NCBI GenBank assembly: GCA_902514605.1
Contig: CABXRL010000001.1
Location: forward strand, 1 to 63,391
Origin: an uncultured Pelagibacteraceae bacterium
Lineage (GTDB): Bacteria > Pseudomonadota > Alphaproteobacteria > Pelagibacterales > Pelagibacteraceae
Length of the DNA: 63,391 nt
Reading direction: 5' to 3'
The translations under genes and the position numbers were made by a program. The notes under the pieces were generated by a model. It saw only the letters and a list, made by a program, of their open reading frames with translations, made no database searches and was not told where the DNA came from. Positions 29,885 through 44,013 of the stretch are shown here, one piece after another (position 1 is the first letter of the stretch; every line of letters starts with the position of its first letter).

Positions 29885-30646
29885 TTAATTAATCATAATT
29901 ATTGAAATATTTCTACCATAATCATTATGTTTTAATTTTAATGATCGTCTCGCACTAAAAAAATTATTTTTACCATCAAAAGTGTCAATTTTTATCACTT
30001 CAATTTTTATAATTTTGCTCGATTTGAGTTGAGATTTTATAAAATTAGGTAGATCGAAATGAATCGTATTTTTTATATTTTTAAAAAAAAATTTATTTTC
30101 TTTATTTTTTTTCAAGAATCTTTTAAGAAAATCTTTTTTGACGTTATAACTTTTGACTTGAATACATGGACCAATTGCGGCAAGTATATTTTTTTCTTTA
30201 CAACCTTTGGCCAACATAAACTTAATTACTTTTTTTATTATATCTTTATATGCACCCTTCCATCCAGCATGAATGGCAGCTATCATGTTCTTTTTTTTAT
30301 CATATAATAGGATTGGTACACAGTCAGCAGTTAATACTGCTATTGGTATTTTTTTCTGATTGGTGATAACAGCGTCAGCTTTAATTTTTTTTTTGCTAAA
30401 TTTAAAATTTTTATCGATATAAATAATTTTGTTACTATGCATCTGATGCATCAAGAAAATATTTTTTGATTTTTTATTTATTTTATTTTTGACAATTTTT
30501 AAATTTTTTTCAATTTTTGATTTAAAATCGTTAGATCCAGGTCCACAATTTAAGCTTTTGTAAATTCCGCTTGATTTACCACCTGTTCTATTAAAGAAAC
30601 CATGATTGATTTTTTTTTGCTTAGATAATATTTTTGAAGTAATCAA
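29885..30646 (-). CDS. pgeF: peptidoglycan editing factor / purine nucleoside phosphorylase YfiH
   Basis: HGFFNRTGG, QMHS, TADCVPIL, HAGWKG, FFSARR. Confidence 0.92.
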   Translation of the reverse strand: MITSKILSKQKKINHGFFNRTGGKSSGIYKSLNCGPGSNDFKSKIEKNLKIVKNKINKKSKNIFLMHQMHSNKIIYIDKNFKFSKKKIKADAVITNQKKIPIAVLTADCVPILLYDKKKNMIAAIHAGWKGAYKDIIKKVIKFMLAKGCKEKNILAAIGPCIQVKSYNVKKDFLKRFLKKNKENKFFFKNIKNTIHFDLPNFIKSQLKSSKIIKIEVIKIDTFDGKNNFFSARRSLKLKHNDYGRNISIIMIN

Positions 30647-30648
30647 TT

Positions 30649-31695
30649 CTAAAAACCTAAGTTAAACTTATTTTTTTTATTTTTGACAAACATCACTTTG
30701 AATAAAGTGCCCATTTGTTTTTCATCAATAAGTCTATTTAATCTATAAAAGATATCAGCTTTTTTTGAAAAATTTTTATCTTTCGATATTAACTCAGCCC
30801 TTTGTTTTATTCCCATTTTTATCAAAAAGTTTTTTTGAGTGTCTAAATAATTATCTAATCCGCCTTGTTCATGAGTAAACTTTTTAAATAATTCAAAATT
30901 TATATTGTGTGTAATATCTACCTCCCCAATATTGTCTAAAATATTGGCAAATTTGTGATTTGAGACTGCTTGTAAAGTATTTTTCATTTTTTTATCAAGA
31001 TCCCCGTAATCTACTAGTAATAATCCCCCAGTGTTTTTTTTGATAAAATTAGAAATATTTTTTAAATAATCTAAACCAGACTCAGAATACTCAATAAAAT
31101 CCTGGTTTTGTGAGATTTTAAAATTTAGTTTTTTCTCAATTTTTTTTATATCAGTTTTCTTTTCTACGAATGATGCTTTAGTGAAATTTTCAAATTTTAC
31201 AAATTTTTCGTACCAAATATTTTTATATTTTTGGAATTGTTTGATTGGCATTGCATCAAAAAATTCATTTGCAACGAATATACTAGGATTTTTTTTTAAT
31301 TTATTTATTTTAGAAATCCAAATGATTTTGGATTTTGATAATTTTTTTTTTTGTATCCTAATCAAAGTTGGACTTTTTTCGTGAATTATAAGATTACAAG
31401 ATTTTTGAAATGATGGAAAATTTTGAAAACTTTCTATCAATATTTTCATCATTTCACCATTTCCCCCACCTAGTTCGATCAGATTAAATTTTTTTGGACT
31501 TCCTAAATTTTTCCAAAAACTAATAATCCAAATAGCTATCATCTCAGAAAAAAGTCTTGAAACATTTGGTGCCGTTATAAAATCACCTTGTTTACCAAAG
31601 GGATTCTTCTTCATATAGTAACCAAATTTTTTGTTATATAGAGATAAATATATAAATTTATCTAAAGAAATTACATCACTCTTTTTTATTTTCAT
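30649..31695 (-). CDS. SAM-dependent methyltransferase, MidA/NDUFAF7 family
   Basis: GYYM, GDFITAP, IELGGGNG, ANEFFDAMP, VDYG, MGTLFKV. Confidence 0.88.
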   Translation of the reverse strand: MKIKKSDVISLDKFIYLSLYNKKFGYYMKKNPFGKQGDFITAPNVSRLFSEMIAIWIISFWKNLGSPKKFNLIELGGGNGEMMKILIESFQNFPSFQKSCNLIIHEKSPTLIRIQKKKLSKSKIIWISKINKLKKNPSIFVANEFFDAMPIKQFQKYKNIWYEKFVKFENFTKASFVEKKTDIKKIEKKLNFKISQNQDFIEYSESGLDYLKNISNFIKKNTGGLLLVDYGDLDKKMKNTLQAVSNHKFANILDNIGEVDITHNINFELFKKFTHEQGGLDNYLDTQKNFLIKMGIKQRAELISKDKNFSKKADIFYRLNRLIDEKQMGTLFKVMFVKNKKNKFNLGF

Positions 31696-32455
31696 ATTTT
31701 TTGACGACTAAATATGTTCCAAATAATAAAAATACAAAACTAATAATTTGTCCCATAGTAAGATTAAACAATAAATAACCTATTTGTTCATCTGGTACTC
31801 TAAAAAATTCTATGATAAATCTAAAAATTGAGTAAAAAATAAGAAATAAACCAGAGATAAAACCTGGCCCTTTATTGGTTATTCTCTTTTGGAAATAAAT
31901 TAAAATTAAAAAAAGGATAAATCCCTCAAAAAATGCCTCGTACAACTGTGTTGGATGTCTGTATAAATTGTCAACTTTAATAAATTTTACACCCCAAGGT
32001 AAACTTGTTTCTGTTCCATATAATTCAGAGTTTATAAAATTTGAGACTCTCCCCATAAAAATTCCAATTGGCGCAACTAAAGAGATGATATCTAAATAAC
32101 TAAAAAAGTTTTGTTTATTTTTATTTGCAAACCAAACACTTATAATTATTATTCCTATAACACCACCGTGAAAAGACATTCCTCCCTGCCAAATTTTTAG
32201 AATATCTATAGGATTATCTAAATAATAATCTAAATTATAAAATAGCACATAACCTAATCTTCCACCTAAAATTATGCCTAGAATAAGATAAGTTATGTAA
32301 TCATCAAATTTTGTTTTGATTTCACTGTTGCTAATAAAAAATCTTTTAGCAAAAACCCAGCCTAATAATATTCCAAATATATAAGACAATGAGTACCATC
32401 TTATTTCTAATGAAAAAAAATTAATCGCTACTGGGTCAAAATTATTAATGAACAT
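31676..32455 (-). CDS. lgt: prolipoprotein diacylglyceryl transferase
   Basis: IRWYSLSY, GGRLGYV, GGMSFHGG, GRVSNFINSE, HPTQLYE; ATG at 32455. Confidence 0.95.
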   Translation of the reverse strand: MFINNFDPVAINFFSLEIRWYSLSYIFGILLGWVFAKRFFISNSEIKTKFDDYITYLILGIILGGRLGYVLFYNLDYYLDNPIDILKIWQGGMSFHGGVIGIIIISVWFANKNKQNFFSYLDIISLVAPIGIFMGRVSNFINSELYGTETSLPWGVKFIKVDNLYRHPTQLYEAFFEGFILFLILIYFQKRITNKGPGFISGLFLIFYSIFRFIIEFFRVPDEQIGYLLFNLTMGQIISFVFLLFGTYLVVKKYENKKE

Positions 32456-32499
32456 TTCAATAAATAACTGTAAGTTACACCAAATATTTAAATAAAAAT

Positions 32500-32751
32500 A
32501 TGAAAAATTCAAAATTTGTTTTTGATAAACTGTCTAAAATATTTGAACAAGGCCTTGTTACATCAAAAGATCTTGGATCAGAAATGTTAAATATTTTAAA
32601 ATCTAAAAGAGATGAAATAGTTTTTAGGATGAAACTTACAAGTAAAGAGGAGTTTGAAGTTTTGTCAAAAAGAGTAGAAAATATTGAAAAAAAAATTTCA
32701 TTATTAAAACAAACAGCTAAAAAAAAAACTAAGCGGGTAAAAAAATCTTAA
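32500..32751 (+). CDS. UbiK/BMFP-family accessory protein
   Basis: Small coiled coil with LTSKEEFEVL (LVxREEF-like); divergent from lgt as in alphaproteobacteria. Confidence 0.7.
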   Translation: MKNSKFVFDKLSKIFEQGLVTSKDLGSEMLNILKSKRDEIVFRMKLTSKEEFEVLSKRVENIEKKISLLKQTAKKKTKRVKKS

Positions 32752-34048
32752 CTCCAAGCCCGTTCATTGATGACTTGTCAAGTTTAACGTATCCTCCATG
32801 GGATCTAATAATATCTGAGGCTATTGATAACCCTAAACCAACACTAGATTTAGTTTCACCTCTACCTTTATCAATTTTATAGAATGGTTTAAAAACATTC
32901 TCATATTCCTCCTTCGGAATACCCGGGCCATTATCCTCTATAAGAATAAATATATTTTTTCCATTTTTATTTAATTTAATATTAATTATTTTTCCGTATT
33001 TAAGACCATTGTCAATAATGTTATTAAAGCTTCTTTTTAATAGATTTTTTCTTCCATTTATTAAAATATTTTGAGTTAAATCTTTGGTAATACTATCATT
33101 TTCATATCTTTCCACTGTCTCATTTAACAATTTTGAGAGATCAAATACTTCATTTTTTTCTGATTGAGATGAGCTAGTGAATTGTAAATATTCATTGAGC
33201 ATTTTTTCCATTTCACTAATGTCATCACTCAATTTGGAGGAAATCTCCTTATCTTTGATAAAGGAAAGTTGCAATTTCATTCTGGTTAAAGGTGTTCGCA
33301 AGTCATGACTAATTCCTGATAGCATTTCAGATCTTTGGTTCAAATGTCTGAGAATTCTCTTTCTCATTTTATCAAACTCATAACCTGCCTGCCTGATTTC
33401 AAGTGAACCTGACGGTCTATAATCATCAACTTCTTCACCTCTGCCAAATTTTTCTGCTGCTTTTGCTAAATTAGTTATCGGTCGAGTTTGGTTTTTTAAA
33501 AATAATATTGCTACAAAAATTAAGAAAATTGCAGGCACGGATATCCACAAACCGAATAATCTAGCTGAGGAACTGGTTACCCTGTCTCTTGGTACTAAAA
33601 ATTCAAAATAACCTTTTTTATATTTAATTCTTATATTTATTAATTCCAAATAATCAGTAGTACTAAACCAAAATTTATTGTTACCAATACTAGACTTAAG
33701 TTCTCTTCTTAGGGATCTATCTATAGGACTAAACCACCTTTCATTCAACTTAAAGTTAAATTCTTTATCTTGAATATATTTTATGTTTAAATCTAAATAA
33801 ATTGAAAATAAATCGATAATATAATCTTTATCATTATTCTCATTATCAAAAGCAACTATAAAGGTATCAATTTCACCTACCAAAGCCCTTGTCATTCCCT
33901 TGTTAGTTTTTATCCAAAGACTATCAAAAAAAACAATTGTTACTAAAAGTTGGAGTAAAATAACTGGAACTGCAACAATAAGTAAAGCTCTATAAAATAA
34001 TCTTTTTGGTAAGAAATTTTTTACAAATTTAGTCAATCCATAAAACAT
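32729..34048 (-). CDS. envZ: EnvZ-like sensor histidine kinase
   Basis: Two TMs, HAMP, ISHDLRTPLTR H-box, N box NIIDNG, EDNGPG, GLGL. Confidence 0.85.
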   Translation of the reverse strand: MFYGLTKFVKNFLPKRLFYRALLIVAVPVILLQLLVTIVFFDSLWIKTNKGMTRALVGEIDTFIVAFDNENNDKDYIIDLFSIYLDLNIKYIQDKEFNFKLNERWFSPIDRSLRRELKSSIGNNKFWFSTTDYLELINIRIKYKKGYFEFLVPRDRVTSSSARLFGLWISVPAIFLIFVAILFLKNQTRPITNLAKAAEKFGRGEEVDDYRPSGSLEIRQAGYEFDKMRKRILRHLNQRSEMLSGISHDLRTPLTRMKLQLSFIKDKEISSKLSDDISEMEKMLNEYLQFTSSSQSEKNEVFDLSKLLNETVERYENDSITKDLTQNILINGRKNLLKRSFNNIIDNGLKYGKIINIKLNKNGKNIFILIEDNGPGIPKEEYENVFKPFYKIDKGRGETKSSVGLGLSIASDIIRSHGGYVKLDKSSMNGLGVKIFLPA

Positions 34049-34706
34049 AACCACTACCTCTCAATGTTTGTAAAAATTTTGGATTTTTTGGATCTATTTC
34101 AATTTTCTTTCTCAAACGAGTTATAATTACATCTACAGATCTTTCTTTATCTATGTTTATAAGTTTACCTATATCAATCCTAGATAATGTTTTACCTGGA
34201 TTATTTATCATTTTTTCTAAAATTATTTTTTCTGTATTATTAATCTTAAATTCTTTTCCATTCTTTAAAATCATTAATTTATTCAAATCAATCTCGATAT
34301 TTGAAAATTTAGCTACTCTTTTTAAATCTATTTCTTTAGTTTTTTTCAATATATTTTTGACTCTTAGTAGAAGCTCTTTTGGTTCAAATGGTTTTGGCAA
34401 ATAATCATCTGCCCCTATTTCTAAACCTTCAACTCGTTCATCTGCAGTACCCTTAGCTGTAAGTAATACTATAGGTGTCGTAATCTTATTTTTATTATCA
34501 TGGATAAATTGGAGTCCACTTTTGCCTGGCATCATTATATCCAAAATAATCATATCAAAATTGATAACCTCAATTTTTTCAGTTGCATCTTCTGCATTTT
34601 TCGCTGTTGTTACTAAAAAATTATTTTCATTCAAATATCTTTTAACCAGGGATCTTATACCTTCGTCATCATCTACTACTAATATATGTGCTAAAATTTC
34701 ATCCAT
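34029..34706 (-). CDS. ompR: OmpR-family response regulator (PetR-like)
   Basis: LVVDDD, ILDIMMPG, GADDYLPKPF, wHTH RSVDVIITRLRKKIE. Confidence 0.85.
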   Translation of the reverse strand: MDEILAHILVVDDDEGIRSLVKRYLNENNFLVTTAKNAEDATEKIEVINFDMIILDIMMPGKSGLQFIHDNKNKITTPIVLLTAKGTADERVEGLEIGADDYLPKPFEPKELLLRVKNILKKTKEIDLKRVAKFSNIEIDLNKLMILKNGKEFKINNTEKIILEKMINNPGKTLSRIDIGKLINIDKERSVDVIITRLRKKIEIDPKNPKFLQTLRGSGYVLWID

Positions 34707-35136
34707 TTATAATCTTTTTGAGAACCTTATCAAAGTTTACGACCTCATCAGAGCTTGAATTCAATAAGGCATTATATATTCTTTTCTTTTGTGTTTCGAA
34801 AATTTCAAGAAAAATTTTTTTTCCTTTTTCTTTAAGATATATATGTTTAATTCTTGTATCTTTTTCATCTTTCTCAAATCTAATAATTTCAAGCTTTGTT
34901 AAATCCTTTAAAACTCTATTTAAACTTTGTTTTGTTATTCTTAATTTTTTTAAAAGTTCAGATATTGAAATACCTTCGTATGTTGAAATTAGGTGTATTA
35001 CTTTGTGATGAGCAGTGCCTATTGAATATTTATTCAAAATTTTTTTTGGGTCGGTGAAAGTGTCTCTATAGACAATAAAAAGTTTTTCAATTAAATCTTT
35101 TAATTGCTCATCTTTAAGATAAAGTAAATCTTTCAT
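34699..35136 (-). CDS. MarR-family transcriptional regulator (PetP-like)
   Basis: wHTH ISELLKKLRITKQSLNRVLKDL, DTR; ilvE<>MarR-OmpR-EnvZ arrangement. Confidence 0.87.
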   Translation of the reverse strand: MKDLLYLKDEQLKDLIEKLFIVYRDTFTDPKKILNKYSIGTAHHKVIHLISTYEGISISELLKKLRITKQSLNRVLKDLTKLEIIRFEKDEKDTRIKHIYLKEKGKKIFLEIFETQKKRIYNALLNSSSDEVVNFDKVLKKIING

Positions 35137-35151
35137 AATAGGTAAGTTATA

Positions 35152-35180
35152 TTGACATATTCAAGATACAAAGATAATTT
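35152..35180 (+). promoter_or_regulatory. putative sigma70 promoter for ilvE
   Basis: TTGACA at 35152, 17-bp spacer, TAATTT at 35175. Confidence 0.45.
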
Positions 35181-35208
35181 TTAAATAATTTAAAAAAAAT
35201 TTTCTAAC

Positions 35209-36090
35209 ATGATACCTTACGATAAAAGAAATGGTAAAATTTGGTATAACAATGACCTTGTGAATTGGTCAGATGTTAAAGTTCATGTTTTAAGTCATGG
35301 CTTACACTATGCAAGTTGCGTATTTGAGGGCGAAAGAGTATACGATGGTTCAATATTTAAATTAGAAGAACATACTTCAAGATTTTTTTACTCTGCAAAA
35401 AGAATGGGTTTTGAAATTCCATACAGTGAGAAAGAGATTAATGAAGCCTCAAAAAAAATTATTGCAGTTCAAAATGTTGAAAATGGTTATGTTAGACCTG
35501 TAGCATGGCGAGGAAGTGAAATGATGGCTATTTCTGCCCAGCAAACAAAGATTCATGTTGCTATTGCAACATGGGAGTGGGGATCTTATTTTGATCCAAA
35601 ATTAAAAATCGAAGGTATTAAACTGAATATTTCAAATTGGCGAAGGCCTGCCCCCAATACTATTCCTTGGGATACTAAAGCATCGGGTCTCTATATGATT
35701 TGCACTTTGTCAAAGCATGAGGCAGAAAAAGAAGGTTATACTGACTCCTTAATGCTAGATCATGAGGACAACATTGCTGAGGCGACAGGTGCAAATGTTT
35801 TCTTTAAAGATACAAATGGTGAGTTACATACACCAATACCAGATTCTTTTTTAGATGGTATTACTCGTAGAACAGTAATTGAGATAGCAAAATCAAAAAA
35901 TATAAAAGTTCATGAAAGGAAAATAAGTCCCAAAGAGTTAAAAAACTTTGTCGGTTGTTTTTTAACTGGTACTGCAGCTGAAGTTACACCGGTTTCTTGT
36001 ATAGCAAATAATCAATTTAAAGTTTGTGAAATGATTATAGATTTAAACGAAAGCTACCAGTTGATTGTTAGAAAGAAAAAGGCAGCTTAA
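35209..36090 (+). CDS. ilvE: branched-chain amino acid aminotransferase
   Basis: HGLHYASCVFEG, KASGLY, EATGANVF, LDGITR, TGTAAEVTP. Confidence 0.94.
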   Translation: MIPYDKRNGKIWYNNDLVNWSDVKVHVLSHGLHYASCVFEGERVYDGSIFKLEEHTSRFFYSAKRMGFEIPYSEKEINEASKKIIAVQNVENGYVRPVAWRGSEMMAISAQQTKIHVAIATWEWGSYFDPKLKIEGIKLNISNWRRPAPNTIPWDTKASGLYMICTLSKHEAEKEGYTDSLMLDHEDNIAEATGANVFFKDTNGELHTPIPDSFLDGITRRTVIEIAKSKNIKVHERKISPKELKNFVGCFLTGTAAEVTPVSCIANNQFKVCEMIIDLNESYQLIVRKKKAA

Positions 36091-36671
36091 TCTTTATTAT
36101 CCTCAGAAATGGCGTGGTCAATACCTTTTCGCATATAATCGTATCCAGTAAAAAGTGTTAACGCCGCGGAAAGCCATAAAAGAATAATTCCAATGGTTTG
36201 AGCATTATAATCTTGGAAATTAATTATTTTGTTTCCAGTTTCTCCTGAAAGCAAAAGTGCAATAGAAACCATTTGTAAAACTGTTTTCAACTTAGCTAAA
36301 CTAGAGACTGGAAGTTTAATTTCCCCTTTAGCCAAGAACTCTCTGAGACCAGAGATTAAAATTTCTCTTGTAAGAATTATTATTGCAGCAATGACTTCAT
36401 AATTTCGAATAGTACCATCCATGACCAATAAAATAAGAGCTGTGGCAACAATAATCTTATCAGCAATAGGATCTAATAATTCTCCAAGTTTGGACTCTTC
36501 TCCAAGAAATCTAGCTAACATGCCATCCAAAAAGTCAGTGAAAGAGGCAATAACAAATAATATTAATGCAGTAAGATCTCCATAAAAACCAGGAAGATAA
36601 AAAGCTAAAACAAAAAATGGGACTATTAAAATTCTACCTACAGTTAATATATTTGGTATTTTTTTAAGCAT
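36087..36671 (-). CDS. pgsA: CDP-diacylglycerol--glycerol-3-phosphate 3-phosphatidyltransferase
   Basis: IPNILT, TDFLDGMLAR...GELLDPIADK, REILISGLRE. Confidence 0.95.
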   Translation of the reverse strand: MLKKIPNILTVGRILIVPFFVLAFYLPGFYGDLTALILFVIASFTDFLDGMLARFLGEESKLGELLDPIADKIIVATALILLVMDGTIRNYEVIAAIIILTREILISGLREFLAKGEIKLPVSSLAKLKTVLQMVSIALLLSGETGNKIINFQDYNAQTIGIILLWLSAALTLFTGYDYMRKGIDHAISEDNKD

Positions 36672-36676
36672 ATTTT

Positions 36677-38512
36677 TTATTCATGAAAGAAGTTATATAT
36701 TTTAGTAGCAACTTTAGCCTCAACACCTTCGACAGATTTTATTTCATCTAAACTAGCAGATTCAACTGATCTAGCAGACCCAAAGTGGTTTAATAACGCT
36801 CTTTTTCTTATAGAACCGATACCATCTATTTGATCGAGTAAAGACTTATTAATCCCCTTTTTTCTTTTTGCTCTATGAGCACTTATAGCAAATCTATGAG
36901 ACTCATCTCTTATTCTTTGAAGAAAGAAAAGTGTTGGATCATTTTTTGTAAATTTAAATTCCTTACCATTATGAAAAAAAGTTTCATTTCCACTGTTTCT
37001 ATGCTTACCTTTCGCTATTGCAACAATAGGTAAATCATGAAGTCCTAGTTCATTCAAAGTTTCTCTTGCAACTGAGTATTGACCTTTTCCACCGTCTACC
37101 AAAACCAGATCCGGAAAACTCAGATAATTGTCTTTTTCCTGAATAGCTCTTTTGAATCTTCTATTTAATACTTCTTTCATCATACCATAGTCATCTTGTA
37201 CATTTTTTTGAATTTTGATATTAAATTTTCTATATCTTTTTTTGATAAATCCTTCATCACCATAAGCAACTAAGGCTCCAACACTATCAGTTCCCTGAAT
37301 ATGGCTGTTGTCATAAACTTCTATTAAATTGATATTTGTCTCAAGGTTAAACTTATTTGCGACTGCATCAAAAAGTTCTCTATTATTTTGACTCTCATAG
37401 AGTTTTCTATTTAAGCTGTCTTTAGCATTTTTGATTGCTTGATTTATTACTTTAAGTTTAGAGCCTTTTTTTGCAACAGAGATATTAATTTGTTTTTCCT
37501 CTTTTTTAGAAAGAGTTTTTTCAATCAATTTTTTTTCTTTAATTTCTTCTGATAATATTATTGAAGACGGCACACTTTTGTTTTCATAAAATTGAGAAAT
37601 AAAAGAATTTATAATATTTCCTAACTTTTCATCTGGATCGTGTTTAGGAAAAAAAGCTTGATTACCCCAATTTTGTTTTGATCGATAGAAGAAAACTTGA
37701 ATACAAGTTTTACCGGACTCTTTATATCCGGCAATAACATCTGCCTCAATTAAGTTTGCCTCATTAATTCTTTGAGACGATTGAATTATATTCAGTGATT
37801 TAATTCTATCTCTTAATATTACAGCTTTTTCAAAATCTAAATCTTCACTGGCCTTTTCCATTTGATCAGAGAGACTTTTTTGTATTCTTCTAGATTTACC
37901 AGAAACAAATTCTATTGCTTCATCAACTGTTTTTTTATACTCATTTGCTTCTACATAGCCAACACATGGTCCTGAGCATCTTTTAATTTGATATAAAATA
38001 CAAGGTCGTTCTCTTTTTTTAAAAACTGTGTCGTCACATACTCTTAAATGAAAGATTTTTTGAATCATTTTGATAGTCCAATTAGCAGATCCAGCTGATG
38101 CGAAAGGACCAAAATAAAAACCTTCTTTAGTTTTTTTCCCTCTATGTCTTTTAATTTGAGGCCATTTGTCTTTATTGCCAATGAAAATAAATGGGAAGGA
38201 CTTGTCATCTCTCAAGAGAATATTAAATTTTGGTTTGTGTTTTTTGATTAAATTCGCTTCAAGAAGTAAAGCTTCACTTTCATTTGATGTAGTTGTTATC
38301 TCCAACTTTCTTGTTTGTGAAAGCATTCTTCCAGTCCTAATGATATGGTTCTTTTCTGCTACGTAGCTTTTTAGTCTATTTGGTAAATTTTTTGCTTTAC
38401 CCACATAAAGTATATCGCCTTTATCGTTAAGCATTCGATAAACTCCAGGCAGTTTTGGAATTAAAGGAAGCTCTTTTTTAATTACATCTTTTCCAATTTC
38501 AGAGCTTATCAT
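36677..38512 (-). CDS. uvrC: excinuclease ABC subunit C
   Basis: [41 protein letters not shown], HhH; ATG at 38512. Confidence 0.96.
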   Translation of the reverse strand: MISSEIGKDVIKKELPLIPKLPGVYRMLNDKGDILYVGKAKNLPNRLKSYVAEKNHIIRTGRMLSQTRKLEITTTSNESEALLLEANLIKKHKPKFNILLRDDKSFPFIFIGNKDKWPQIKRHRGKKTKEGFYFGPFASAGSANWTIKMIQKIFHLRVCDDTVFKKRERPCILYQIKRCSGPCVGYVEANEYKKTVDEAIEFVSGKSRRIQKSLSDQMEKASEDLDFEKAVILRDRIKSLNIIQSSQRINEANLIEADVIAGYKESGKTCIQVFFYRSKQNWGNQAFFPKHDPDEKLGNIINSFISQFYENKSVPSSIILSEEIKEKKLIEKTLSKKEEKQINISVAKKGSKLKVINQAIKNAKDSLNRKLYESQNNRELFDAVANKFNLETNINLIEVYDNSHIQGTDSVGALVAYGDEGFIKKRYRKFNIKIQKNVQDDYGMMKEVLNRRFKRAIQEKDNYLSFPDLVLVDGGKGQYSVARETLNELGLHDLPIVAIAKGKHRNSGNETFFHNGKEFKFTKNDPTLFFLQRIRDESHRFAISAHRAKRKKGINKSLLDQIDGIGSIRKRALLNHFGSARSVESASLDEIKSVEGVEAKVATKIYNFFHE

Positions 38513-38924
38513 AACTTCTTTTTTTGGTAATTTGGATACCAACTGATGAACAATCTTTTAAAATTTCTAATTTTTCAATTTTAAGCATTATTTTACCAAT
38601 ACGCTTATCTTTAAATAGCACATCAAAAGTATCTTCGGCTAGGGTTTCTAAAAAATTATAATGCTTACTTTTAGTGAGTTTTCTTATTAATTTTACAACC
38701 TGCCCATAGTTTACAATAGATTTTATATCTTTGTCGTTAGTGGGTTTTTTATCCTCATAATCAATTTCGAGACTAAATTTAACTTTTTGAGGTTTTTCTT
38801 TTTCAAAATTATAGTATCCAAGTTTTAAACTTAAAATTAATTCGCTAATAAGAATTTTTTTCTCATAATTAAATAGACTTTTGGACTTATCAATTTTAAC
38901 AATTTTAAGATTATTTTTTTTCAT
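38499..38924 (-). CDS. folB: dihydroneopterin aldolase
   Basis: [33 protein letters not shown] match the FolB pattern. Confidence 0.8.
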   Translation of the reverse strand: MKKNNLKIVKIDKSKSLFNYEKKILISELILSLKLGYYNFEKEKPQKVKFSLEIDYEDKKPTNDKDIKSIVNYGQVVKLIRKLTKSKHYNFLETLAEDTFDVLFKDKRIGKIMLKIEKLEILKDCSSVGIQITKKRSYDKL

Positions 38925-38925
38925 A

Positions 38926-39876
38926 TTATTCTAGTCTTGAAGCGATATATTTTTTAATTATAGGATGATAATGCAAAAAACAATCAGCCCAATTTATTGA
39001 ATGTGCATTTTTTAATGGCTCTTCCCAATTGGATCCTGCCAATACACAATTTTTTCCAGCAATCTTTTTCTTTTCAGAAACTACTACCCTGTTAAAGTTA
39101 GGAACATCATCCATCCAATCAGATGTTAATCCCTCAAAATGATCCATAGGATGAGTAAAAATTAAAATTGGTGCGTTTCCCTCTTTAATCATATCAATTT
39201 GATTTTGTCTCCAATCAGCCATACCAGGATTTTTTTTGTGAAATTTTTCCATAGCTTTTTCATAGCCAACTTTTTTTACTTTAAATTTTTTTGATAAATT
39301 CCAAAAACATGCTGGCATCAATGATATACCCCCACCAACTTCATTCATGTATTTTGCTGTTAATCTAAGTGTGGCCCATCCTCCACAAGAGTGACCTGAA
39401 ATAAAAATTTGTTTTTTTGGCACACCCAGATTCACAAATTTTTTAACAACCTTTAAATTGCCCTCAACTCTTCGATCCATTTTTGAGGTTCCGGGATAAG
39501 GTCCCTCCCATTTTTTCATCCACATTCCAATTCTGCCTAATTCAGCACCTAAATCCCCTTCTAGTTGACCTTGGCAATGAATGTAAACCATAATCTCTTT
39601 GTCATTTACTTTATCACCTGCTAGTTGGGCCCAATTTCTAAGCTCTTGTCTCCAGAAACAATCTTTTAATTTAACATCATTTCCATTAGAACCATGATTG
39701 TATATTATTATTATTTTATCTTTGGGACTATTCACTTCAAAATTTTCATCAATTTTGATTTTATCTTTCCATTTGTTTGTTGGTATTACAAAACCATCTT
39801 TTTTAATTTTTTCATTTGCATAAACATTGTTACTAAATATTAAAATGCATAAAATAAGTGCTAAAAAATTTTTCAC
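38926..39876 (-). CDS. exported alpha/beta-hydrolase-fold protein
   Basis: Signal peptide; IYNHGS, nucleophile elbow GHSCGG, candidate Asp (PMD) and His (AHS). Confidence 0.65.
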   Translation of the reverse strand: MKNFLALILCILIFSNNVYANEKIKKDGFVIPTNKWKDKIKIDENFEVNSPKDKIIIIYNHGSNGNDVKLKDCFWRQELRNWAQLAGDKVNDKEIMVYIHCQGQLEGDLGAELGRIGMWMKKWEGPYPGTSKMDRRVEGNLKVVKKFVNLGVPKKQIFISGHSCGGWATLRLTAKYMNEVGGGISLMPACFWNLSKKFKVKKVGYEKAMEKFHKKNPGMADWRQNQIDMIKEGNAPILIFTHPMDHFEGLTSDWMDDVPNFNRVVVSEKKKIAGKNCVLAGSNWEEPLKNAHSINWADCFLHYHPIIKKYIASRLE

Positions 39877-40609
39877 TCTTTACCTCCAATAATATCTGGT
39901 GTTTGCCAGTTTAAACTTTGTCCGCTGTCTACTGCCAATACTTGTCCAGTAATAGATCTATTTTTTATAAAAAAGTCAACTGCATTACATATTTCTTGAA
40001 CATCTGTCTGTCTTTTAAGAGGTGTTGCAATATATTGTTTTTTGAAATGTTTGTCAGATTGTCTTTTATTTTTAATAGTTGGACCTGGAGCTATTCCGTT
40101 AACTCTTATTTTTGGAGCTAAACTCATAGCACTTGTTTTTGTGAGTGTGTAAAGACCACTTTTACTAATTGTATAAGAAAAAAAGTATGGTGTTAGTTTA
40201 AAAACTCTTTGATCAATTATATTTACTATATTGTTATTTCTACCTTTAATATTCTTTGAAAATTCTTTTGTTAAAAGAGCAGGGGCTTTAAGATTTGTTG
40301 AAATATGTTTTTCCCAGCTTTTAGATGTAAAATTTTCTAATTTATCATTTTCAAATAATGAGGCATTATTTATTAAACAATCAAAAAATTTCATTTTTGA
40401 TTTTGATAATTTAATAATTTTAATGATATCTTTTTCTTTACTAAGATCTCCTTTAACTAAATAAATTTTTGTTCCAAAATTTTGAAGTTTTTTTTTTAGA
40501 TTTTCAGCTTTTGACTTAGATTTATAGTACTGAATTACAATTTGCTTCTTTGGCCCTGACAATTTTTCTGCAATTGCAGCACCAATTCTCGTAGCTCCAC
40601 CGGTTATTA

Positions 40610-40628
<19 letters not shown>
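39873..40628 (-). CDS. SDR-family oxidoreductase, pteridine reductase/FolM-like
   Basis: [34 protein letters not shown]; near folB. Confidence 0.8.
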
Positions 40629-44007
<3,379 letters not shown>

Positions 44008-44013
44008 ATAGTA

